From Acidobacteriota bacterium (lineage in GTDB: Bacteria > Acidobacteriota > UBA890 > WLXD01), in NCBI GenBank assembly GCA_963666215.2, contig CAXWPL010000003.1, positions 256,001-320,000 of the forward strand: a stretch of 64,000 bases of DNA, written 5' to 3'. The notes below the pieces were generated by a model. The model had not been told where the DNA came from. It saw only the letters and a list, made by a program, of their open reading frames with translations, and searched no databases. Shown here piece after piece: positions 11,675 through 21,922 of the stretch. Each line of letters opens with the position of its first letter. Position 1 is the stretch's first letter. A program made the position numbers and the translations under genes.

Positions 11675-13257
11675 CAAGCGGTCGCGGCGCGCTCGCGCCA
11701 CGAACAGCCGGCCGTATATAGATAGCCGCTCAGGAACAGAAGCAGGAACGGCAGCGACACCCACATGTGCAGACCAACAGCGGTGGCGCTCGCCACGGCA
11801 AAGTAGGCCGCCAGCCCGGCTTCGACCCACGAGAGCCAGCCGCGTCCGCCTCGACGCGTGCGGTAACTCCGTCGCAAGCGCAGCTTGTTGTCTTCCGCGG
11901 AGGCGATCGCCAGCTTCGGCGTGCGAACGAACTCGCCGGTAGCGCGCCGGCATCCGTCGAGCACCGCGAGCGTGTTGTTGAGCGAAATCCCGATGCCGAG
12001 CGCCATCAGCGCCGGCAGTCGCAGCAACGCGGCCGTGAGCGGACGGCCAATCTCGTGCTGCGCCGCCAGGTAGAAGACGCCCACCGCCCCCGTGCCGAAG
12101 ATCAGGATCGGCAGATCGATCATGAGCGCCCCGCGGGCACCGCCCGATAGCCGCAGCAGCATCGCTGGGAAAACGATCAGCGACAAGGCCACCATCAACG
12201 GATAGACAACATTGGCCGTCATGTGAAAGGTCCCCTCGACCTTGACGCGCAGCGGTACGCTCGATCGCCAAAGCCGCCCCAGCAGCTTGCGCGCAGTCTG
12301 CACCGCTCCCTTCGTCCATCGATGCTGCTGGCTCTTGAAGGCGGCGATGGTGGTCGGCAGCTCGGCCGGCGCCACCGGCGTGTCGACATAACGAAACCGC
12401 CAGCCGGCGAGCTGGGCCCGATACGAGAGATCGAGATCCTCGGTCAGCGTGTCGTGCTGCCAACCGCCGGCCTCGTCGATCGCCTGGCGCCGCCAAACAC
12501 CGGCGGTGCCGTTGAAGTTGAAAAACCGACCCGAACGGTTGCGCGCCGCCTGCTCGATGACGAAGTGGGCGTCGAGCAGCATCGCCTGCAGCCGTGTCAG
12601 CAGCGAGTGGTCGCGGTTGAGGTGGCCCCAGCGCACCTGCACCAAGCCGACGTCTGAGTCGTCGAAGTGACCCAGCGTTCGACGAAGGAAATCGGCCGGC
12701 GGCACGAAGTCGGCGTCGAAGATACAAATCAGCTCACCGCTAGCATGTTGCAGCCCGGCCGCCAACGCCCCGGCCTTGAAGCCCGCCCGATCGCGACGAT
12801 GGTGGTGCTCGATCCGATAGCCCTTCTCGCGAAGCTCACGCACGCGGCGCGCCACAAGGTTCCGAGTGCCGTCGGTCGAGTCGTCGAGCACCTGGATGTC
12901 GAGGCGATCGCGAGGGTAGTCGAGCGCGGCTATCGCCGCCAGCAGGCGTTCGACAACATAGAGTTCGTTGAAGATGGGCAGCTGCACCGTCACAACCGGC
13001 CACAGCGCCGCGCGCGCCTCGTCCGCGTTCACGTCTTCTGCGTTCACGTCTTCTGAGAATCCCGTTGGCTCGAACGTTCCCGCGTCCAGCGACGACTCGC
13101 TGCCACGATTCCGCCAGTACAGCCATACGAGGTGCAGCCGGTGCAGCCCGAAGATCGACAGCAACCCGAGAACGCCGAAGTAGACGACCAGAACCAGGGT
13201 CTCGATCTGCCGGCCGGCGACGCCGAACGTGTCGATAAGATCGGCCAGTCCGATCAC
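11674..13257 (-). CDS. Membrane GT2 glycosyltransferase, cellulose/glucomannan synthase-like
   Basis: [40 protein letters not shown] (QxxRW) plus TM helices. Confidence 0.9.
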   Translation of the reverse strand: MIGLADLIDTFGVAGRQIETLVLVVYFGVLGLLSIFGLHRLHLVWLYWRNRGSESSLDAGTFEPTGFSEDVNAEDVNADEARAALWPVVTVQLPIFNELYVVERLLAAIAALDYPRDRLDIQVLDDSTDGTRNLVARRVRELREKGYRIEHHHRRDRAGFKAGALAAGLQHASGELICIFDADFVPPADFLRRTLGHFDDSDVGLVQVRWGHLNRDHSLLTRLQAMLLDAHFVIEQAARNRSGRFFNFNGTAGVWRRQAIDEAGGWQHDTLTEDLDLSYRAQLAGWRFRYVDTPVAPAELPTTIAAFKSQQHRWTKGAVQTARKLLGRLWRSSVPLRVKVEGTFHMTANVVYPLMVALSLIVFPAMLLRLSGGARGALMIDLPILIFGTGAVGVFYLAAQHEIGRPLTAALLRLPALMALGIGISLNNTLAVLDGCRRATGEFVRTPKLAIASAEDNKLRLRRSYRTRRGGRGWLSWVEAGLAAYFAVASATAVGLHMWVSLPFLLLFLSGYLYTAGCSWRERAATA

Positions 13258-13281
13258 CTACAGCCACCAGGGTTGTCGCCG

Positions 13282-14619
13282 GTGGACCCGCCGCCGGGCC
13301 TTGTCGCAGGCGTCGTCATCTCCGGATGTGGGCTCCTCGCCTGCTGCTCGGCGTTGCTATTCATAGGTGATCTACGCGCGCGCCCTCAGGCAGCCATCCT
13401 GACGCTGATGACGGCCGGCATCTGCTACATGGTGGGATCGTGGGGCCTGGCTCGAGCCTGGAGGGTCTGGAACGCTGCGAAACAGCGCAATGCGCTGCGC
13501 GGTGTGCTGCTGGTGGCAGTGGCCATGCGAATGATCCTGCTGTTTTTGCCACCCACGCTCTCCGACGATGTCTACCGCTATCGCTGGGACGGCAAAGTCC
13601 AGGCGAGCGGCAACAACCCCTATCTCGAGCCGCCAGCCGCCAGCCGGCTGGAGCCGCTGCGGGACGCCGAGTGGGAACGCATCAACTACCCGCGCATCCG
13701 ATCGATCTATCCCCCGCTGGCCCAAGCGCTCTTCCATATTACCTACCGCCTGAACGGAAGTGTCGCATCGTTCCGCCTGATGAGTGTGGTGGGTGACTTC
13801 CTCGCCCTTGCCGCCGTTTGGCTCTTTCTCCAGGCCGCCTCGCTGCCCCGCTGGAGACTGGCGCTCTACGCCTGGAGCCCGCTCGCGGCAGTGGAGTTTG
13901 CGTCGAGCGGCCACTACGACGGCTGGGTCGCGGCGACGGCCACACTCGCCTTGCTGGCCGCGCTTCGAGGCCGCGAGCTGCTGAGCACTGGCTGGCTCGC
14001 CGCTGGCATGTTGCTGAAGACATGGCCCGTGGTCCTGATACCGCTGCTACTGCGGCGGCGGCCCTGGTGGCACGGACCGGCGGTAATCGCCGCGCTCGTA
14101 GTCGCCTACCTGCCGTTTGCCGACGCCGCCGATGTCACCCTGCAACCCTGGCTCGACTACACCGGGCGCTGGCGATTCAACGACGGCGTCTTCTATCTAC
14201 TGCACGCCGCAATCGGCTCGCTCGCCGCAGCCAAGGCGGCCGCCGCGATGATCGGTACAGCCGTGTTCGCCTGGCTGTGGCGGCGGAACGCCGACGTGAT
14301 CAGTGCGAGCTACTGGCTGCTACTTGCTTTCATCTTGCTGATGCCAACGATCCACCCCTGGTATCTGCTCTGGGCGTTGCCGCTGGCCGCAATCGCCGCC
14401 GACCGTGGCTGGGTGTTGCTGTGTACTCTTGCGCCGCTGTCCTACTGGATCCTCGTAGGAGCGGCCGCCGACAGCAACGTTTGGGTCGAGCCGGTGTGGC
14501 CGCGCTTCGCCGAGTACGTGCCCGCCGCGGCGGTCTGGATCTGGCAGTGCCGAACCGACGCACCGCCGACACCGCACCCACCAAGCCCCGATCGTAACCC
14601 CGGGGCCGTTTCGCGCTGA
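13282..14619 (+). CDS. Polytopic GT-C type glycosyltransferase (GT87/DUF2029-like)
   Basis: LSDDVYRYRWDG, NPY, IYPP, YAWSP, GHYD, HPWY; many TM segments; start uncertain. Confidence 0.78.
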   Translation: MDPPPGLVAGVVISGCGLLACCSALLFIGDLRARPQAAILTLMTAGICYMVGSWGLARAWRVWNAAKQRNALRGVLLVAVAMRMILLFLPPTLSDDVYRYRWDGKVQASGNNPYLEPPAASRLEPLRDAEWERINYPRIRSIYPPLAQALFHITYRLNGSVASFRLMSVVGDFLALAAVWLFLQAASLPRWRLALYAWSPLAAVEFASSGHYDGWVAATATLALLAALRGRELLSTGWLAAGMLLKTWPVVLIPLLLRRRPWWHGPAVIAALVVAYLPFADAADVTLQPWLDYTGRWRFNDGVFYLLHAAIGSLAAAKAAAAMIGTAVFAWLWRRNADVISASYWLLLAFILLMPTIHPWYLLWALPLAAIAADRGWVLLCTLAPLSYWILVGAAADSNVWVEPVWPRFAEYVPAAAVWIWQCRTDAPPTPHPPSPDRNPGAVSR

Positions 14620-14780
14620 ACGGCCGCCGAGACGGTCGGCCGGGCCCCGGAACTCGCCAGAACGCCGGCTCCGAACCTATTAGCGTGGTTGAGGAGCTCG
14701 TGACTTCAGGCAGCGTCCCACCCGCGTCATGCGCCCGTATGACACGGACGACCTACTTGTGGCCGTACATCTCTCGCAAG

Positions 14781-16535
14781 TCACGGGGAGATCTCGAAGA
14801 CTACGAGGTCCTGGTCCTCGAACACTGGGCGCCCGAAGGCCTCGCCGTACAACGGAAGTAGCCTTGTGACGGCTTCGGAGGGACGCGGGTGTAGGCCCCT
14901 GTCTTGATCTCGACCGAATCCCTCTCTCAGAAGATCCCAATGAAGTATGGCGTACCGAGCTCCGCTCCTGCGCAGTGCGGACACGTCTGCCATGTAGATC
15001 ATGTTCTTGAGCTTCATCCACTCAGTGTTCGGCATCCATCCGATGAGCTCGTCCGGGAACATGGTGTCCCCTGCGTTTTGCCACCCCGGGTTCTGCCCCT
15101 CCGCGTATCCGATGAGCGTCCGCTTCTTGTGGAACTGTTGGGTGTAGTAATGAAGATTGGAGTGGTTTCCCATAAACATCGGGTATTCGATGATCGAGAA
15201 ATCCTCAGAGATAGCGCCTAGCGTCCGATAGAACGGCGATATCGTGCCGGCGCTCAACACCGGGGAATACGCGTAGGAGGGCCTGGCGGCCTCCCAATCA
15301 GGTGTCGCGTAAGACTGCTGGAAGGCAAAGTGATTCGTGAAGTTGTTCGGATATCGATAGATGTACGGTAGCGGCCCAGTCAAAATCAACCCGCTCAGCA
15401 GCGCGCCCACGCCGACCGTGTTCAGCAGGGTTGTCGCGGCTGGCGCTTCGACATCGAACCGCCGGCCGAAACTGGTGAGAATCCAATCTACCGCGATCGC
15501 TACCAGGAGACAGATAATCGGTAGAAGCACCAGGCAATACCGCAGCAGAACTACCGCCAAGTGAATGTCGGTAACCTTGATAAGGCTCAATATCGTGGCA
15601 TAGGACATGGCAAGCGCGAGGATCATCAATGCCAGGAGTTTGTCGCGCCGCCACAGCAACACCAACCCGAGCAGAGCCAGAAACCAAAACCCGGTTGCTA
15701 GCCCGGGGTTTGCCGTGCCGCTGGCCAGCGATGCAGCCGCCAACAGAGTCTCGATAGTTGCTTGGTCTGGAATCCCCAACACGTGAGACAAGAACGAGCT
15801 CCGCAGCACCGGCAGGGCCGCCATTAACACACACAGACCGGCAGCAAACGTGCCACCAAGAAGACTCGGCCACCCGAGCACGACACCCTGCTGAAGTCGC
15901 AGTCGACCACCCGGCGCACCAACCAGCTTTGCCAGCCACACCACCGACAGCGGCACGATAATCGCAACTGCGGCGAGCAGGTGGAAATACACCGCCACGC
16001 TGCCGAGAATCACGAACCCTCCTGCCCACTTCCGGCCCCCTCGAACTGCCCATAAATAGAGGCAAGTAATGGCCAGGAACCCGAGCACAACGTAGGCGCC
16101 ATACGCACGGAAGAGACGGCTGTAGTAGATCAGCGATGGCGAGATCGCCAGGAGAAACCCGAACACAACGGCGGCCCTGCCAGTGACCACCGAACGGACC
16201 GACAGCGGCATGACCACAAGGCCGAGCAGCCCCGCGGCCAGGAACGGCAACCGCAAGACCCACTCCGAATACCCGACCGTGTGCAGTACGAGCCAGGCAT
16301 AGAAATTGACAGCCGGGCTGTTGGCTCCGATGTTGATGCGGATCAGCGAGCCGAAGAATGAGAGCTTGCGGGCAAACGCAACGGCGTGCCACTCGTCGTC
16401 CAGGAGAGGCTGATCCGACAGCAGATAGAGCCGCAAGCCCGCGCCCAGCGCCAGTGCCGCGACGAGGCCCCCGTAGACCAGCAGTCGTGGCTCGGGCCTT
16501 CTCGCAACGCCTGAGAGAGCGCGATCCTCACTCAT
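14781..16535 (-). CDS. Membrane GT-C glycosyltransferase (GT39/GT83/PMT-like)
   Basis: GLRLY..LLDDEWH, YSEWVLRLP, LAISP..IYYSR..RAY; about 11 TM helices plus soluble C-terminus; visibly lower GC than flanks. Confidence 0.7.
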   Translation of the reverse strand: MSEDRALSGVARRPEPRLLVYGGLVAALALGAGLRLYLLSDQPLLDDEWHAVAFARKLSFFGSLIRINIGANSPAVNFYAWLVLHTVGYSEWVLRLPFLAAGLLGLVVMPLSVRSVVTGRAAVVFGFLLAISPSLIYYSRLFRAYGAYVVLGFLAITCLYLWAVRGGRKWAGGFVILGSVAVYFHLLAAVAIIVPLSVVWLAKLVGAPGGRLRLQQGVVLGWPSLLGGTFAAGLCVLMAALPVLRSSFLSHVLGIPDQATIETLLAAASLASGTANPGLATGFWFLALLGLVLLWRRDKLLALMILALAMSYATILSLIKVTDIHLAVVLLRYCLVLLPIICLLVAIAVDWILTSFGRRFDVEAPAATTLLNTVGVGALLSGLILTGPLPYIYRYPNNFTNHFAFQQSYATPDWEAARPSYAYSPVLSAGTISPFYRTLGAISEDFSIIEYPMFMGNHSNLHYYTQQFHKKRTLIGYAEGQNPGWQNAGDTMFPDELIGWMPNTEWMKLKNMIYMADVSALRRSGARYAILHWDLLREGFGRDQDRGLHPRPSEAVTRLLPLYGEAFGRPVFEDQDLVVFEISP

Positions 16536-16646
16536 CGTGACAAGATCCGAAGAGTTCGATTTGTCCCGCGCTCGGCGAGCGGCCACGCGTGGCGCACCCA
16601 GGACGAGGCCCGTTTATTGTGCCTCGCCAAAGCGCCGCAGCAAGCG

Positions 16647-16850
16647 TTACTGCGATTGAGAAAAGCGCCGCTGACGCCGTCGCCAACGCCGGCGAGCGGC
16701 TGCCTGCTTGACACGCCGGCGCTCTCCTGGCTTGACGTAGTACGTGTGGCGCCTAGCGTCCCGAAGGATGTTCTCGCGCTGAACGAAGCGACGAAAGCGC
16801 CGCAGCGCGTGCTCGATCGATTCGCCGTCTTCGACGCGGACGTAAGCCAT
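16647..16850 (-). CDS. rpsU: 30S ribosomal protein S21
   Basis: 67 aa MAYVRVEDGESIEHALRRFRR...YYVKPGERRRVK; internal ATG of the 216-aa ORF. Confidence 0.92.
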   Translation of the reverse strand: MAYVRVEDGESIEHALRRFRRFVQRENILRDARRHTYYVKPGERRRVKQAAARRRWRRRQRRFSQSQ

Positions 16851-17182
16851 TGCGGGTGCTTCCGTATTCGTATCGGTGAGGCGAGGCGGTGGCCACGCTC
16901 TTGCCTGGGAAGACTTGAACCACGCCTCACACAGCGCTGTCCAGCCTGGCGCGCGGACGCAACTGGGGCGTCCGCCAAGCAGCCGAAATATAGCGCGGGC
17001 GTATGGGAGCGTCAAACTCGAAAGGTCTTGGCATGCGCGGCAAGGCGCTCGCCGGCGGGCATCTCCAGTGGGGCAACCTGCCGACCATGACGCGCCTCGA
17101 CCCGTGCAATAATCCGCCCCTCTCTCCCCTTTGAGCAAACCGCAAGCGGCCGCGCTGTCCCTCCTCCGGCGCGTCCGCCACC

Positions 17183-18538
17183 GTGGAGATGCCATTCGTG
17201 TCGGCGACCGTACTCGTTGTGGGAAGCGGCGGCCGCGAGCACGCGCTGTGTTGGCTGCTCGATCGCAGCCCGAGCGTCGGCCGACTGCTGTGTGCACCGG
17301 GCAGCCACGGCATTGCGGCCCAGGCTGAGTGCCACAGCGTGCCAGCCGACGACATCGAGGGCATCATTCGGCTCGCGGCGAAGCAGTCCGTCGACCTGGT
17401 CGTCGTTGGCCCCGAGGCACCACTCGCTGCCGGCCTCAGCGACCGACTCATGGGCGAAGGGGTGCTGTGCTTCGGCCCCACGGCCGCCGCGGCTCGCCTC
17501 GAAAGCTCGAAGGGCTTCGCCAAGTCATTCATGCAGCGCCACGCGATCCCCACGGCCAGATTCGAAGCATTCAGCGACCCCGAAGCCGCGAGCGCTCTGG
17601 CGAGCGCGAGCCCGTGGGGCTATCCCGTGGTGGTCAAGGCCGACGGCCTCGCGGGCGGCAAGGGCGTGTTGATTTGCGCGTCCGCCGAGGAGGCCTTGGC
17701 CGCTGTGCGAAAGACCATGGTCGGGGGAGCCTACGGAGCCGCCGGAGCGTCCGTGGTGATCGAAGAGTTCCTGACCGGAATCGAGGTCACGGTGATGGCG
17801 CTTGCGGACGGCGCGTGTGCGCTACCGCTGTTGCCATCGCAGGATCACAAGCAAGCCTTCGATGGTGATCGTGGACCCAACACCGGCGGCATGGGGGCGT
17901 TTGCCCCGGCGGACGCGGTGATCGAGTCCCACACTCTCGCCTATGTTCACACGCAGATCCTACAGCGCACCGTGGATGGCATGGCTGCCGAGGGGACGCC
18001 GTTCCGTGGCGTTCTCTACGCCGGCGTCATGTTGACCGACGATGGGCCTCGAGTCCTGGAATACAACTGCCGCTTCGGCGACCCCGAAACGCAGGTCGTT
18101 CTGCCGCTGCTGCGTGAGGACGCGGCTGAGCTGTTCGCTGCAGTGGCAGCGGGCAGCGCCGCGAGCGGGCTGCCGGCCGAGCTCAGCTGGTCGAGCCGAA
18201 GCGCGGCCTGCATCATCTTGGCCGCGGGGGGGTATCCCGGCGCGGCTCGCGACGGAGACGCGATCACAGGGCTAACCGAAGCCGGAGGAGCGAGCGGCGC
18301 AAACGGCAAGGAGAGCAGCGACGAGACCGCAGGAGACGTGATCGTTTTCCACGCCGGCACACACCGAGGACCCCACGGCTGGGCCACCGCGGGCGGGCGC
18401 GTTCTAGGGGTCACCGCCCTAGGCGACAACCTTGCCGCGGCGCTCGACGCGGCGTACAACGCCGTTGGCACCATCCGTTTCGAACACATGCACTACCGCG
18501 GCGACATCGGCCGCCGGCCCGGCGCCGATTTTTCCTAG
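17183..18538 (+). CDS. purD: Phosphoribosylamine--glycine ligase
   Basis: VGSGGREHAL, VGPEAPL, KADGLAGGKGV, QDHK, GPNTGGMGA, EYNCRFGDPETQ. Confidence 0.96.
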   Translation: MEMPFVSATVLVVGSGGREHALCWLLDRSPSVGRLLCAPGSHGIAAQAECHSVPADDIEGIIRLAAKQSVDLVVVGPEAPLAAGLSDRLMGEGVLCFGPTAAAARLESSKGFAKSFMQRHAIPTARFEAFSDPEAASALASASPWGYPVVVKADGLAGGKGVLICASAEEALAAVRKTMVGGAYGAAGASVVIEEFLTGIEVTVMALADGACALPLLPSQDHKQAFDGDRGPNTGGMGAFAPADAVIESHTLAYVHTQILQRTVDGMAAEGTPFRGVLYAGVMLTDDGPRVLEYNCRFGDPETQVVLPLLREDAAELFAAVAAGSAASGLPAELSWSSRSAACIILAAGGYPGAARDGDAITGLTEAGGASGANGKESSDETAGDVIVFHAGTHRGPHGWATAGGRVLGVTALGDNLAAALDAAYNAVGTIRFEHMHYRGDIGRRPGADFS

Positions 18539-18598
18539 GTTCGTCACAGCCCCCCCGACCCACGACTCTACTGACACCAAACAAGGAGCCACCGCGCC

Positions 18599-19117
18599 AT
18601 GAGCAGCGCCCGTGTCGCCGTCCTGATGGGCAGCGTTTCCGACTACGACATCATGGCCAACACGGTGCGCACGCTGCGCACGTTCGGCGTCGAGTGCGAG
18701 GTCAGAGTGCTGTCGGCACATCGCAGCCCCCACGCGGTGGCCGACTTCGTCAGCGGCGCCGCCGATCGCGGAATCCGTGTGGTGATCGCCGGCGCTGGCG
18801 GCGCCGCGCATCTCGCCGGGGTGGCGGCAGCGCACACCCGGCTGCCAGTGATCGGCGTGCCTCTGGTGGCCTCCCCCCTGGGTGGCCTCGATGCTCTGCT
18901 GGCGACCGTCCAGATGCCTGGAGGTGTTCCGGTGGCGACCGTGGGCATTGGCAAGGCCGGCGCCGTCAACGCCGCGCAACTGGCCGCGCGGCTACTGGCG
19001 CTCGACGACGCGGAGCTCGCCGATCGCGTGGAGGCCGATCGGGCCGCGCAGATCGAGCGGGTCGACGCTATGAACGACAAGCTGCGCGAGCGCCTCATCG
19101 AGGACGGGCTGGCCTGA
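18599..19117 (+). CDS. purE: N5-CAIR mutase
   Basis: MGSVSD, SAHRSP, AGAGGAAHL, VQMPGGVPVATV. Confidence 0.96.
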   Translation: MSSARVAVLMGSVSDYDIMANTVRTLRTFGVECEVRVLSAHRSPHAVADFVSGAADRGIRVVIAGAGGAAHLAGVAAAHTRLPVIGVPLVASPLGGLDALLATVQMPGGVPVATVGIGKAGAVNAAQLAARLLALDDAELADRVEADRAAQIERVDAMNDKLRERLIEDGLA

Positions 19118-19171
19118 GTCGACCCGGAACGCAGGATCGCCAGGTCCCCAGAAGTGAGCCGCGCCGCAGAA

Positions 19172-20449
19172 TCACGCGGGGTCGGGCGCTGTAGCCTCGT
19201 TCGTGGAATCGAGGTGCTCGGCGTGCAGCTGGCCGCAGGCGGCCCCGATGTCGGCTCCGCGGCTGTAGCGCACCAGCGCGTCGAGACCCGTGGCTGCCGC
19301 CGCCGAGCGGAAAGCCTCGATGCGGCGGGGAGACGGCCGGCGGAACGGCATCGAAGCAATCGGGTTCCAGGGAATCAAATTGACCTTCACAGGCAGGCCG
19401 CCGAGCAAACGGGCCAGCCGTTTCGCGTGCTCCGGCTCGTCGGTGACCTCTGCCAACAGAACGTACTCAATCGTCACGCGCTCGCGGCGACGCCATCGAA
19501 CGGCTCGTAGTGCCCCGAGCAAGTCGTCAATCGGGTACTTTCGATTGACCGGCATGAGGCGATCACGAACCTCGTCGTCGACCGAGTTGAGCGACACCGC
19601 CAAGCGCGGCCGCAGTGGCCCCAGCTCGGCGAGCTTGGCGATTGCCGGCACGATGCCGACGGTCGAAACCGTGAGGCGCCGCCACGACAGCCCCGGACCT
19701 GCCTCGTCCTGAAGCGCGACCACCGCGTCGGTGACCGCCGGCAGGTTGTCGAGCGGCTCCCCCTGCCCCATGAAGACAATATTGGGGTGTTTGGCTGGAC
19801 CGTCGCCGTGGGTCGCCGACAGGCGCAGCACCTGCCCGACGATCTCCGCCGCGCTCAGCGACCGGATCAGCCCGAGCCGAGCCGTCTGGCAGAACTCACA
19901 GCCGAACCGACAGCCCACCTGTGACGAGATGCAGTACGTCACCCTCTTCTCGTAAGGCATGCGTACCGACTCCACCAGGTCACCGCCGCGGAGCCGAAGC
20001 AGATGGCGGGTGGTTCCGTCGACCGAGTCGTAGCGGCTGTCGAGCTCCGGCGGTGCCACGACCAGGCGTGAGGCAAGAGTGGTCCGCGCGGCGGCCGGCA
20101 GGTTGGTCATGGCACCGAGCTCGAAGACGCGCCGATGAAAAACCCAGCGAGCCAGCTGCTCGCCGCGGTACGGCGCCACGCCGAGCTCGCCGACTTGATC
20201 GCGCCAACTCGACGCCGGGAGCCCGAGCAGCTCGATTCGACCGACCGTGTCGGTAGAATCGTTCGGCTCAGTCGGGTCGACCGGGCCGATCGATTCGGCC
20301 AACGGAGCGATCTCAGGCGCTGGATCGGGCGCCGGCCCCCGACCGGGCTCTTCCAGCGAACCGCCGTCGACTGCTTTCGAGCTCGTCACTTCCCGATCAG
20401 CTCCCCGGCCTGCAAACTGAATCGCCTTTGCCATGTTCATAGGTCGCAT
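19172..20449 (-). CDS. rlmN: 23S rRNA A2503/tRNA A37 C2-methyltransferase (radical SAM)
   Basis: CISSQVGCRFGCEFC, FMGQGEP, VNLIPWN, GADIGAACGQL; N-terminal extension and start uncertain. Confidence 0.92.
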   Translation of the reverse strand: MRPMNMAKAIQFAGRGADREVTSSKAVDGGSLEEPGRGPAPDPAPEIAPLAESIGPVDPTEPNDSTDTVGRIELLGLPASSWRDQVGELGVAPYRGEQLARWVFHRRVFELGAMTNLPAAARTTLASRLVVAPPELDSRYDSVDGTTRHLLRLRGGDLVESVRMPYEKRVTYCISSQVGCRFGCEFCQTARLGLIRSLSAAEIVGQVLRLSATHGDGPAKHPNIVFMGQGEPLDNLPAVTDAVVALQDEAGPGLSWRRLTVSTVGIVPAIAKLAELGPLRPRLAVSLNSVDDEVRDRLMPVNRKYPIDDLLGALRAVRWRRRERVTIEYVLLAEVTDEPEHAKRLARLLGGLPVKVNLIPWNPIASMPFRRPSPRRIEAFRSAAAATGLDALVRYSRGADIGAACGQLHAEHLDSTNEATAPDPA

Positions 20450-20474
20450 GCGTCTCGGGCCGAGCGGAGGCCGC

Positions 20475-20480
20475 TATAAT
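20475..20480 (+). promoter_or_regulatory. Putative sigma70 -10 box upstream of the waaA operon
   Basis: Perfect TATAAT in the GC-rich divergent rlmN/waaA gap. Confidence 0.35.
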
Positions 20481-20599
20481 CGGCCAACTCGCGCCCGCCG
20501 CGTCTCGGCTCGACGCTAGGAAGCCGTCTACCACGCCCTCACGGGCCACTCGCGTTCAGCCTTGCGGGACACCGCAGATTAACGCCTTCGCCGCTAGCC

Positions 20600-21922
20600 G
20601 TGTACGCCGTATATACCGTTCTCTACACACTCGCGCTTTGTGCGCTGCTGCCCCGCGTCTTGTGGGACCGACTTCGAGGTGGCCGCTACGCCACCGCTCT
20701 GGCCGAACGCCTCGGACGCGTGCCAGAGCAGCTACAACACATGCCGCCAGGTGGCATTTGGATCCATGCCGTCTCGGTTGGAGAGGTCCGCGCGGCGTGC
20801 GGTTTGGTGCCTCATCTCAAGGAGTTATGGCCGGACAAGCCACTGGTGATCTCAACTGTCACGCCTACCGGTCAGGCCCTCGCTCGCCGCAGCCAGGCCG
20901 ACGCCGCGTTCTATCTACCACTCGACCTGCCGCGGTCGCTGCGGCCCTACTTCGAACACCTACGCCCCAGTGCGCTGCTACTCGTCGAAACCGAGATATG
21001 GCCCAACCTGCTACGCGGGTGCCGCCAGTACGGTGTATCCGCGGCGATCGTGAACGGACGACTTTCGCAACGCTCCCACGGTCGCTATCGATGGCTGGCG
21101 TGGCTCTGGCCCGGCCTCCTAGGCGAGATCGCCGTAGTGTGCGCCCGCACAGCCGACGATGCACGGCGATTCCGACGGCTCCGAATACCCTCGGATCGGG
21201 TGTTCGTATCAGGCGATCTCAAGGCGGACGCTTCGATGCAGCCGGCACCTGGCGTTGCGTCCGGCATGCTGGCCACGGAGCTGGAGATCGAGGCCGACGA
21301 ACCGGGGCTCGTTGTTGCCGGCTGCACGATGGAGGGTGAGGATGAGCAGGTACTCGACGCCTTCGCTCGGTTGCGACGTTCCCACCCGCGGGCCCGGCTA
21401 TTGATCGCGCCCCGTCACCCGGAACGTTTCGATCGTGTCGCGGCGCTGATCGCCGACGCCGGATGGTGCTGCCAAAGGCGAACCGACCCACCCGCAGAGC
21501 AGGCCGCCCACGACGCCGAGGACACACCCACCGCAGACGTCATTCTCTTGGATACGATCGGCGAGCTGCCAAGCGCTTATGCGGCTGGCCGCGCCTGCTT
21601 CGTCGGCGGCAGTCTGGTGGCTAGTGGCGGGCACAACCCGCTCGAGCCCGCCGCGCATGCCAGACCGGTAATCTTTGGCCCACATATGGACAACTTCGCA
21701 GAGCGCGCCGCGGCTCTTCTGGTGGCGGGGGGAGCGCGCCAGGTATCGAATGCAGTCGAGCTGGCCGCCACCTGGCGGGAGTTACTCGACGACAACGCTC
21801 TCGGGCGCCGCATCGGCGATGCAGCGCAGGCCGTTCTGCAAGCCGACGGGTCGGCCGGTGCGCGAACGGCGCGGATTCTGCGCGATCGACTGCCCCCGTG
21901 TCCGGCCCCCAGACGAGCCTGA
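20600..21922 (+). CDS. waaA: Kdo transferase
   Basis: IWIHAVSVGE, ETEIWPN, IAPRHPERF, DTIGEL, GGHNPLEPA. Confidence 0.94.
   Translation: MYAVYTVLYTLALCALLPRVLWDRLRGGRYATALAERLGRVPEQLQHMPPGGIWIHAVSVGEVRAACGLVPHLKELWPDKPLVISTVTPTGQALARRSQADAAFYLPLDLPRSLRPYFEHLRPSALLLVETEIWPNLLRGCRQYGVSAAIVNGRLSQRSHGRYRWLAWLWPGLLGEIAVVCARTADDARRFRRLRIPSDRVFVSGDLKADASMQPAPGVASGMLATELEIEADEPGLVVAGCTMEGEDEQVLDAFARLRRSHPRARLLIAPRHPERFDRVAALIADAGWCCQRRTDPPAEQAAHDAEDTPTADVILLDTIGELPSAYAAGRACFVGGSLVASGGHNPLEPAAHARPVIFGPHMDNFAERAAALLVAGGARQVSNAVELAATWRELLDDNALGRRIGDAAQAVLQADGSAGARTARILRDRLPPCPAPRRA

Noticed and set aside
10112-12727. 871-aa ORF that looks like GltX with a long N-terminal extension
   Set aside because: The upstream part is an alternate frame overlapping the GT2 gene; GltX similarity begins at ATG 11674.
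13023-13055. 15-nt tandem repeat (EDVNA x2); also a 9-nt DGL repeat near 30956-30975
   Set aside because: Short in-frame slippage repeats in linkers; no spacers and not CRISPR-like.
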